Below, in pieces: positions 36,289 to 44,302 of a DNA stretch of 64,000 nt (positions are counted from its first letter, which is position 1; each line of letters begins with the position of its first letter). The notes under the pieces are model-generated. The model had not been told where the DNA came from, did not search any database, and saw only the letters and a program-made list of their open reading frames with translations. The DNA comes from Oscillatoria sp. SIO1A7 (lineage in GTDB: Bacteria > Cyanobacteriota > Cyanobacteriia > Cyanobacteriales > Laspinemataceae): NCBI GenBank assembly GCA_010672965.1, contig JAAHFN010000034.1, forward strand, positions 1 through 64,000. The letters are read 5' to 3'. The translations under genes were made by a program, and so were the position numbers.

Positions 36289-36697
36289 AATTGGGAAGAG
36301 CGGAATGGGGCATTGGGCATTGGGCATTGGGCATTGGAGTTATGAGTTATGAGTTATGAGTTATGACTTTTGAGTTTCAATTATGCGCGAGCAGTCAGCG
36401 GTCAGCAGTCAGCGGTTAGCAGTCAGCGGTTATATCAAATCCAGTTAATCGCCCCCAAAAAAAGTCAAGTTTTGCGTAGGACGGGCGTCCCGCCCGTCCT
36501 ACGGGAGATTCCCAATTTTTCTGTGGACGTTAAAACCGACATGATGTTAGCTGTTGGGGGTCAGCTCTTGCCGGAGGCGATCGCTGTTGGCGCAGCCTGC
36601 GCGGAGCGGATAAGCTTCTTTTCCCAATGCCCCATGCCCAATTCCCCATGCCCCATGCCCAATTCCGCTCTTCCCAATTCCCCAATTCCCAATTTCC

Positions 36698-38251
36698 CTA
36701 GAAATCAAAATAAATATAGGGGGTGCTGTTTTCTGGGGCGAAGAGCAAGACTGCAAAAAAGCAGAGGGGAACTAGGAGTATTTTTATCGGCCAATTTAGC
36801 TGTAGCTTGAAAACTTTATGGAAGAGATAGGAGCATCCCATCAATGCTGCTATTATTATGAGAAGCAAGCATAGCTCGAATGGCATGAGACCGAGAGTTT
36901 CTATATAGATTTTCTGGGTAAATTGAACGTCAGGCGATCGCCCCCATAAATGCTGTATGACCCAACCGGATTGTTTGAGGTCGGGGAGCCGGAAGACAAT
37001 CCAAGAGAGAAAGACCATATTTTGAGTGAGCAGCCAAGCGACAATTGTGCCGAGGTAACTCTGCCACCAGCGATCGATCTGGCTGAAGCGCCCGGAAATA
37101 GTATCGACAAGTCGGTGAACTACTAAAGCTATTCCATGCAGAGCGCCCCAGACGATAAAGCCCCAAGCCGCTCCGTGCCAGATGCCAGCAACTAACATTA
37201 CTATTGCTAAGTTCAGGCAAGTTATGGCCAATCCTTTGCGAGAGCCACCTAGAGGAAAATAGAGGTAGTTTCGCAACCAATCTCCCAAACTGATATGCCA
37301 CCGACGCCAAAACTCGGCAATGCTGGTGGTAAAGTAAGGAAAGTCAAAGTTTTGCGGTAGTTTGAAACCGAGCAAGAGGGCGCTGCCGAGGGCAATATCT
37401 ACATAGCCGCTGAAATCTAGATAGAGTTGCAATCCGTAAGCAAAGGTCGCTAGCCGCAGGTCGCCGCTACCCGCCCGCTCCAAGTTGTCGAAGCAGAGGT
37501 TGACAAACTGGGCGAGGCGATCGGCTACGATGCCTTTTTTTATAGCTCCACAAGCAATTAACCACAATCCCTCTACCAACTGATGCGAAGCCGGGAAATG
37601 CAGGGTTTTCAGTTGTCGGATAAAGTTATGATAGCGGGCAATAGGACCGGAAAGCAGTTTGGGAAAAAAGAATTTGTAAACCGCAAATTTAAGGAAATTC
37701 TGGCTGGGAGGCGCGCCTCGATAAACGTCAACGAGGTAGGAGATACATTCAAAGCTAAAAAAACTGATTCCCAAAGGAGGTTTAATATTATCCCCATACC
37801 AGCGAGCAAGTTCTAAGGCAGCAGGAGAATCGAGGATGTTGCCGGCGACAGTTAAGAAGAAGGGAACGTATTTAAAACCCAAGAGTAGGAATATATTGAA
37901 GATTATACCCAGACAAAATAAGGCGAGGTAACGAGAATTCCAAGTTTCTTGAGGATTGGTTAGAGATGAGGACGAGTTTGGATCCTCTAAGTCTGACTGC
38001 CTGGGTTGGCGATTTTTGCTAATCCCCAGCCCTAGATAGAAGTTAATCGAGGTGCCGAGTAAAAGCAGGGGGATATATTTAATTTGTAGGGAGGCATAGA
38101 ATATTAAGCTGGCGATGAGTAGTAAGATAAGGCGCGATCGCTGCTTTTGTGCCGACCAGTATGCCAGGAGCAGGCCGGACAGGAAAAGGCCATAAAGAAT
38201 TGAGATAAAGGTCACTTTAGAATTGGGAATTGGGCATGGGGCATTGGGCAT
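36698..38251 (-). CDS. MBOAT-family membrane O-acyltransferase (AlgI/DltB-like); true start probably the GTG near 38215
   Basis: Multi-pass membrane protein; conserved His region WRRWHISLGDWLRNYLYFPLGGSR...GIWHGAAW typical of MBOAT. Confidence 0.8.
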   Translation of the reverse strand: MPNAPCPIPNSKVTFISILYGLFLSGLLLAYWSAQKQRSRLILLLIASLIFYASLQIKYIPLLLLGTSINFYLGLGISKNRQPRQSDLEDPNSSSSLTNPQETWNSRYLALFCLGIIFNIFLLLGFKYVPFFLTVAGNILDSPAALELARWYGDNIKPPLGISFFSFECISYLVDVYRGAPPSQNFLKFAVYKFFFPKLLSGPIARYHNFIRQLKTLHFPASHQLVEGLWLIACGAIKKGIVADRLAQFVNLCFDNLERAGSGDLRLATFAYGLQLYLDFSGYVDIALGSALLLGFKLPQNFDFPYFTTSIAEFWRRWHISLGDWLRNYLYFPLGGSRKGLAITCLNLAIVMLVAGIWHGAAWGFIVWGALHGIALVVHRLVDTISGRFSQIDRWWQSYLGTIVAWLLTQNMVFLSWIVFRLPDLKQSGWVIQHLWGRSPDVQFTQKIYIETLGLMPFELCLLLIIIAALMGCSYLFHKVFKLQLNWPIKILLVPLCFFAVLLFAPENSTPYIYFDF

Positions 38252-38409
38252 TGGGCATTGGGCCCCTACGCCCCGGAGGGCGGGCTACGCCTACGACTTG
38301 CCTCGGGATAAAATTGGGCATTGGGCATTGGGCATTGGGCATTGGGCAGGGGGTCTTACAAGGGTATGTTTTTTAGATTAGGCATTCTTGAGAGGTATCG
38401 ATTGAGGAC

Positions 38410-38646
38410 GTAGGGGCGACAGCATTCCCGAGACAGCTTTTGCAAATAGATCAAAAATATTGTATTGGAATGCTTCGCCCCAGAAACCGTAGGGGCGACA
38501 GCATTCCCGAGACAGCTTTTGCAAATAGATCAAAAATATTGCATTGGAATGCTTCGCCCCAGAAACCGTAGGGGCGACAGCATTCCCGAGACAGCTTTTG
38601 CAAATAGATCAAAAATATTGTATTGGAATGCTTCGCCCCAGAAACC
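38410..38646. repeat. Three tandem 79-bp copies of the MITE family A hairpin core (GTAGGGGCGACAGCATTCCCGAGACAG...TTGGAATGCTTCGCCCCAGAAACC)
   Basis: Three near-identical units with no spacers, so not a CRISPR. Confidence 0.85.
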
Positions 38647-38735
38647 TGTGCAGGAAGGAGGATTATTAATTATAAAATCTGAATTGATACAACTCTCAAT
38701 GCCCAATGCCCAATGCCCAATGCCCCATATTATAT

Positions 38736-38942
38736 TTACGCTTCTACATATTCGCATAGCGCTGTCGGTTCGGGAATGGGCAAGCCTTCTTCTTTTAATC
38801 CGTCTAAGTGAAATGCGATCGCTTCCTTTATCTGCTGTTGTACCTCTTTTATAGTTGCGCCTGTTGCCGCGCATCCGGGCAAGTCTGGAGCGTAAGCCGA
38901 ATAGTTACCTGCTGCTTTTTCAATTACGACTGCGTAGCGCAT
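38736..38942 (-). CDS. hicB: HicB-family antitoxin (UPF0150), no adjacent HicA
   Basis: MRYAVVIEKAAGNYSAYAPDLPGCAATGATIKEVQQQIKEAIAFHLDGLKEEGLPIPEP matches the HicB RNase-H-like fold consensus. Confidence 0.7.
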   Translation of the reverse strand: MRYAVVIEKAAGNYSAYAPDLPGCAATGATIKEVQQQIKEAIAFHLDGLKEEGLPIPEPTALCEYVEA

Positions 38943-38978
38943 TAGCTTTTCCCCTCCTCTTCTTTGCTGGCTAGCCAG

Positions 38979-41900
38979 TTACGGCCGTATCTGAATAGCG
39001 TTTTGAAAAAATTCAAGGTTTTTGTAATTGGACTCCGTCGTAGATTCTTCTGGCGTAACAATCGGTACACCTTGGTGCCAAGCTCGATAAAAGTCTGGAT
39101 AAGGTATATTTTCGGCACAGTACCAAGCAATCTCGTAACAGGCTTCGTTTTTTACCCTGCCTCTCACTAATTTGACGATTTGCACAAAATGGTTGATTGA
39201 CAAAATAATTTCTTTTAGGCTATCAGCCGCTAGCAAACCTACGAATTCATCTTCAGCAAATTTGGCCAACTGCACCAGAATGGATAAGGGCTGGAAATTA
39301 CCAGGGTCAATTTTAGCCAAGAGAGCGGCTCCTTGGCAACGGGTTAATTCATCTTCGGCAGACTCGATCCACTGCACCATAATGGATATAGCCCGGGGAT
39401 CCTCCATGTAAGTTTCCAGTAAGCTATCAGCCGCTTGGCTACGGGTGGGTTTGTTTTTAGCATAATTGCCCGCTCGCACCATAATGGATATGCTTTCGGA
39501 GTTCGCCGGGTCGATTTTCTCTAAGTTATAAGCTGCTATCTTACGGGTGAATTGATGTTTAGCAGATTTGACTAAATATACTAGAGCAGATTTGGCCTGG
39601 AAACTGCCCGCACCAATTTTCCCCAGGCTCTCAGCTGCTTGCAAACGGGTAGATTCATTTTTAGCATACTGGAGCAACTGCACAATAGCAAGTATGGCTT
39701 TGGGGTTTCCCACGCCAATTGCTCCCAAGCTATAAGCCGCTTGTCTACGAGTGTCTTCATCTTCAGCAGAATTGAGCCATTGCACCATAGCAGATATGGC
39801 TTCTGGGTTCCCCTCACCAATTTTACCCAATTCATAAGCCGCTTTCTTACGGATGGATTCATTTTCATCAGAATTTAGTAATTGCACTAGAGCAGATATA
39901 GCTCTTTGAGTATCAGTTTCCTCCAAAGCAATTCTCGCTCCGTTCTCAATATCGTCATATTTCCGGTTACCAGTAAAACCCCACTCAAATAACTGCTTGA
40001 CAATCTCATTCGCTCTTCGGCATTGCTGGAATTCCGCAATACCGGCGGCTGCTAAAAAATAGGCTCTATATTTATAAAAGTCATTGCACTTATCCTCAAA
40101 ACTCACCAATGCCTCGATAAATTGCTCCTTTTCTTCCTGCAGCACGTCGTCGCGTCCGAGCCAGAGCAAAATTACTTGTTTCCACTGGGGCTCGAAAATA
40201 CGATAATTGCCTCGCTCGGGTTCATCGGGAACGTGATTTAGGAAAAAATGCCAATCCTCGATCGCCGTTGCCGCAAAATATTCCTGAAACGTCGGATGAT
40301 AGAAAGCATAGACCTCTTCATCGGGACTTTCTGCGGCCAAGCCCACCTTATTGAGCCAGCCGAGTTGCGTTGCCAACTCGAATAAGCGATCGCTCTCTTG
40401 TCCCAAAACCCGAGATACCAAGCTCTGCTTCAGCCGAAAGCGAGACTCGTCTCTATCTATGGCTACCTTTGCCAATTCTCCTAAAGCCCGATTTAACTCA
40501 TCTCGTTCCGTCGGAGTGCTGGGAAATTCCCGGTCTTTCCAGCTATAAAACTTATCCACAAATCCTTTGTATAGTTTGGCCTTAGTATCCGGCAAGCCTC
40601 CTAGATCTTTCCACAAGCGCCAAGTGCTACAGAGCAGCGCCAAGCGCAGGGGATTTTTGGCCAAATCTTTGATGCGCCTTTTCTCCGATCGCTCCATCTC
40701 CCGTCGCAACTTCTCGCCCAACTCCGGCTCTCGCTGAAACCACTTGCCGATAAACTCGCCCACTTGGTTGCCAGTTTTCCCATCCCCATAGCTAAACTCC
40801 AAAGTGCGATAAATCTCGAATTCGCTCGCTAGAGCATTGCGGTTTGCTTCCCAGAGGTTGAGGCGACAAGTCAGCACTACTCGCCCTTGGCCGACCCAAC
40901 CGCTTAACTGCTTTTGAATTGCCCGAAGCGCTTCCAGGCGGCGAGCAGGCATTTCATCTATCCCATCCAAGAGCAGCCAGGCTTTCCCGTCACGAAACTT
41001 ATCTTTAAACTTGACTTTGACCCTTTCTGTTAAATCCGTAACTCGTTCCACCGCATTTTTCAACCATTTCTCCAGCAAATATTCTTCCAGAAAATCCCGG
41101 TTGGCCTCGGGTTCTGGCAAATCTGCCGCCGCAATTAAAATTGGCAAATATGTAGTATTGTCCAGAAGCCAAAAAGCAACTTTGCGGGCTAGGGTGGTTT
41201 TGCCCGCGCCCGGTTCGCCAATTATAGCAATCCGCTTGCCCTGACTTTTGCCCTTGCCCCCGCCAAGAATATCCGTTAAAAATTGCTGGTGTTGAAAGCG
41301 CTGTTTCTCTTCATACTCGGGCTCGTAGAGGCGCGACCCTTGCTCTGGAGAATACTCTTCCTCAAGCGAAGCTGTTTTTTTGCGCTCGACCAGAGCCAAG
41401 GGAACGTGTATTTCATCCAGCTCGAAGCAGTTTTCTTCGTACTGCATCAGCTCGTTAGTGGTCAAATGTTTTTGTTCTGCTAAAATTTGGCGGCAGATAT
41501 CGCGCCATTGGATTGCTGGTTCCGGCTCGCCGCTAACTTCTGGCTGCGGCTCGGAACCTATATAAACGTTGTTAGCTTTTTTAAAGACGATGTTGTTATC
41601 GCCTTGTACATTTGCATTTTGGCTATCTTCGTTGTAATTACCGACGGGACCAATGGTGCGATCGATTGTATTAGCTGCCTCGGCCTTAATCTCCTTAATA
41701 CTTAACTTGCCCTCTTGGCCGAGAGTCTGGTTCTGACCTGGTAGCTGAGGTTGCTCGGCTATGCCAGTAGGAGCGATCGCCGTCATCATCTCGTATTCTT
41801 TTAGCAACAAGTTCAGAAAATCTCGCTGCTCTATCCCAACTAAATCTTTAATAGCGCTTAAAAACAATCCCAAAGCTTCTTGTTGGGAAGCCAAGCGCCC

Positions 41901-42089
41901 CCAAGCCTCCAAGTAGCTTACGATTCTGCTCGTCGCTTCAAATTGGGAACCAGACAGATCTATTTTGGGGGCTATTTCTCCGAGATCCGCCAAAGTCAAG
42001 ATATTCCGACGACCTTTCTCCGTCGCTAGCTCTGGCAATCTTTCGAGTAGGGCGATTAGTTGCTTGCGATGCTTATCAGACAGTTTCAT
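38979..42089 (-). CDS. STAND NTPase: N-terminal EAD1-type effector-associated domain, NACHT domain, C-terminal PBS-lyase-type HEAT repeats
   Basis: N-terminal roughly 100-aa helical domain (LSDKHRKQLIALLERL...IVSYLEAWGRL); Walker A IAIIGEPGAGKTTLARK; Walker B LLLDGIDEM; NACHT helical modules; about ten repeats of the pattern SIR..AAYELGKIG.GNPEAI.ALVQLL. Confidence 0.85.
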   Translation of the reverse strand: MKLSDKHRKQLIALLERLPELATEKGRRNILTLADLGEIAPKIDLSGSQFEATSRIVSYLEAWGRLASQQEALGLFLSAIKDLVGIEQRDFLNLLLKEYEMMTAIAPTGIAEQPQLPGQNQTLGQEGKLSIKEIKAEAANTIDRTIGPVGNYNEDSQNANVQGDNNIVFKKANNVYIGSEPQPEVSGEPEPAIQWRDICRQILAEQKHLTTNELMQYEENCFELDEIHVPLALVERKKTASLEEEYSPEQGSRLYEPEYEEKQRFQHQQFLTDILGGGKGKSQGKRIAIIGEPGAGKTTLARKVAFWLLDNTTYLPILIAAADLPEPEANRDFLEEYLLEKWLKNAVERVTDLTERVKVKFKDKFRDGKAWLLLDGIDEMPARRLEALRAIQKQLSGWVGQGRVVLTCRLNLWEANRNALASEFEIYRTLEFSYGDGKTGNQVGEFIGKWFQREPELGEKLRREMERSEKRRIKDLAKNPLRLALLCSTWRLWKDLGGLPDTKAKLYKGFVDKFYSWKDREFPSTPTERDELNRALGELAKVAIDRDESRFRLKQSLVSRVLGQESDRLFELATQLGWLNKVGLAAESPDEEVYAFYHPTFQEYFAATAIEDWHFFLNHVPDEPERGNYRIFEPQWKQVILLWLGRDDVLQEEKEQFIEALVSFEDKCNDFYKYRAYFLAAAGIAEFQQCRRANEIVKQLFEWGFTGNRKYDDIENGARIALEETDTQRAISALVQLLNSDENESIRKKAAYELGKIGEGNPEAISAMVQWLNSAEDEDTRRQAAYSLGAIGVGNPKAILAIVQLLQYAKNESTRLQAAESLGKIGAGSFQAKSALVYLVKSAKHQFTRKIAAYNLEKIDPANSESISIMVRAGNYAKNKPTRSQAADSLLETYMEDPRAISIMVQWIESAEDELTRCQGAALLAKIDPGNFQPLSILVQLAKFAEDEFVGLLAADSLKEIILSINHFVQIVKLVRGRVKNEACYEIAWYCAENIPYPDFYRAWHQGVPIVTPEESTTESNYKNLEFFQNAIQIRP

Positions 42090-42150
42090 CGTTAACCTCG
42101 ATCGCTATTCTTAATATAAGCGCTCCTTTTCCAGAAAGCACTGCGATCGC

Positions 42151-42303
42151 TATAGCATTTCTCAAATTGATGTGAGGTTATCTGGGGCGAAGCATCCCTA
42201 TAGGGAAATTCCCGTTTGGAGTGCCGAGATAGTCTTGGGGATGCTGTCGCCCCTACGCCCCTCAACCCGATCCGTTCATTACACTTATTTGAGAAACGCT
42301 ATA
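42151..42303. mobile_element. MITE family A copy, orientation 2, in the promoter region of the NACHT gene
   Basis: TATAGCATTTCTCAAATTGATGTGAGG...GGGGCGAAGCATCCC...GGGGATGCTGTCGCCCCTAC...ATTTGAGAAACGCTATA. Confidence 0.65.
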
Positions 42304-42519
42304 TTCAAAAATCAAATAGCCCTCGATTACTAGCTAGTTCTTCGGCAAAACTCAGAAAAACTTGACGGCGAGTCGCATTGAGGAATACGCTCGCCGTTGA
42401 TTGATATGGGTTAGGAGTGGCGTTCGGGGAGTTGAGGAACGGAAGGGTTGGGGAAGAGGGAGATGCCTTCCATCTCCTCATACTTCCGTCACCCTGATTT
42501 CCTTGCTCTATTTCAACTA

Positions 42520-42864
42520 TTATCTTTGAGGAGACAAAAGGCCCTGAGAACAAAGATTAGGTCGAGGATCGTTTATACCATGAAGTTTTCCACTGCATCC
42601 AGGCCCGTACTCTAACACAGTGTACTGAAATCCATATGGTGGATTATAAGACGAATTGAGGACGAACTGTCCAGCTAAAATCGGCCACTTTCCTCCACAA
42701 CTATTACATAAAACAGCTAATGCATTGGCAGGATAACCGAAATTGTTAGCTTGGCTAACATCAGTGGTTTTCATTTCGGTTTGTGGATCGTCAGCAAATG
42801 CATATGGTGTAAATCCGAATATTGCTATTGCCAATACGGCCATAACGACGATCAATTTCTTCAT
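42520..42864 (-). CDS. small secreted Cys-containing protein
   Basis: Signal peptide MKKLIVVMAVLAIAIFGFTPYAFA; mature part has Cys in CNSCGG, GCSGK and LCSQG. Confidence 0.45.
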   Translation of the reverse strand: MKKLIVVMAVLAIAIFGFTPYAFADDPQTEMKTTDVSQANNFGYPANALAVLCNSCGGKWPILAGQFVLNSSYNPPYGFQYTVLEYGPGCSGKLHGINDPRPNLCSQGLLSPQR

Positions 42865-43242
42865 TACTGTTTCTCCTACTTTGTTGTGTCTTTTCATTGC
42901 TTGTACCCCGTGGGTCTCTCTTATATATATTACTCTTTTTCGATCGCACTGCTTCATTTCTATAAACCCAGGGAAAACGCATCTAAATTAATTATGATTT
43001 TTCCATATATAGTGGTTCAAGCTATAATAATAAACTATATATAGAGCTTTATTCTCAATAAGGCGCTAACTATTGACAATATTCGCAATAAAAGGCATTT
43101 TTAAGCCGCTTATTGACAAGATGCGTTTTCCCTGTCTATAGACCTTATTAGGTTTGTCAACGCTAATCTCCTATAGGTCCCGGCAACGTCGAACTATTTA
43201 TATTGAAGGTTAACACCCAACCCTTCTGACCCAGGACTTACG

Positions 43243-43416
43243 CATTTTCTCGGCTTGGACTCTATATCTAGTAGGACTTACGCAAAGACACTTTAGATCG
43301 GGGCAACCACGGGGGATTGCCCCTACAAGCACTAGATATAGACATTTTGCGTAAGTCCTGTCTAGGTTCTGGTGCTAGGCAGCGCACCCTAAATCAAGAG
43401 TCTATGCGTAAGTCCT
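43243..43416. mobile_element. MITE family B, two nested or tandem copies (AGGACTTACGCA ends at 43243, 43273, 43348, 43405)
   Basis: Two left and two right terminal inverted repeats. Confidence 0.5.
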
Positions 43417-43687
43417 GTCACCCATACTCTAAACATCCCTTCGCATCCAAGTCACCTCTTATGTAAAAATAAAATAGCCGGGTCACAAGCGATCGCTATT
43501 CAATCATAAAATAGTCGTTGATTACCGAGCCAGGAGAGCGATCGCCTCTTATCCAAAAATCAAATAGCCGTTGATTACCGAGCCGGGAGAGCGATCGCCT
43601 CTTATCCAAAAATACAAAGTCTAGTTTGGCTTTGGGTGCGAAGACCCAATAACCTTAGTTAACACAACAGGGAGTTTTAATTATTAT

Positions 43688-43972
43688 ATGGAAATTACGA
43701 TTTCATTGCCAGATACAATAGCGCGTTGCCTAGAAGCGAAGTGGGGCGACTTAGAGCGTCGCTCCTTAGAAGCGCTCGTCTTGGAAGCTTATAGAGAAGG
43801 TTCGATTAGCGCGGGTAAAGTGCGAGAATTGCTGGGTATGAATACTCGGCTAGAAACCGATGCTTTTCTAAAAGCAAAAGGAATTCATTTAGCATACGAC
43901 GAGGCCGACTTTGAGGCAGATCGGCAAACTCACGAACAATTGCAACGAGAAGGAAAACTGAAAGTAAGATGA
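43688..43972 (+). CDS. UPF0175-family antitoxin-like protein
   Basis: 94 aa; its stop overlaps the start of the DUF3368-type PIN remnant by 4 bp (ATGA). Confidence 0.6.
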   Translation: MEITISLPDTIARCLEAKWGDLERRSLEALVLEAYREGSISAGKVRELLGMNTRLETDAFLKAKGIHLAYDEADFEADRQTHEQLQREGKLKVR

Positions 43973-44150
43973 TTATTATTTCAGATACTTATCCTATTTG
44001 TTATTTGCTATTAATTGGAGAAATAGAATTATTGTCTCAACTCTACGGTCAAGTGCTGATTCCTACAAAAGTCCAAGAGGAGTTGTCCGACAAGCGATCG
44101 CCTGCTATTGTTAAAAGTGCAATACAATACAATTCCCAATTCCCAATTCC
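43969..44150 (+). pseudogene. DUF3368-type PIN toxin, N-terminal fragment truncated by an STRR tract
   Basis: [39 protein letters not shown] is the N-terminus of a roughly 150-aa DUF3368 protein; the frame then runs into AATTCCC repeats. Confidence 0.5.
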
Positions 44151-44302
44151 CAATTCCCAATTCCCAATTCCCGATTCCCGATTCCCGATTCCCAATTCCC
44201 AATTCCTAATTCCCAAAAAGCCCGGTTTCTTCAAGAAACCGGGCTTTTATATTGCGCCCAAAAAAACGGTTTATCGAAAAAAACCGGTTTTTTATATTAG
44301 CT

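Noticed and set aside
38410-38646. Possible CRISPR array (three identical 79-bp units)
   Set aside because: The units are directly abutting with no unique spacers, there are no cas genes nearby, and the unit is the MITE family A core found dispersed elsewhere.
38942-39130. 62-aa ORF overlapping the NACHT 3' end, considered as the HicA partner of hicB
   Set aside because: The sequence (MLGTVPKIYLIQTFIELGTK...) does not fit the HicA consensus (no GSHxxF or conserved His), and it is fully embedded in the NACHT coding region in another frame.
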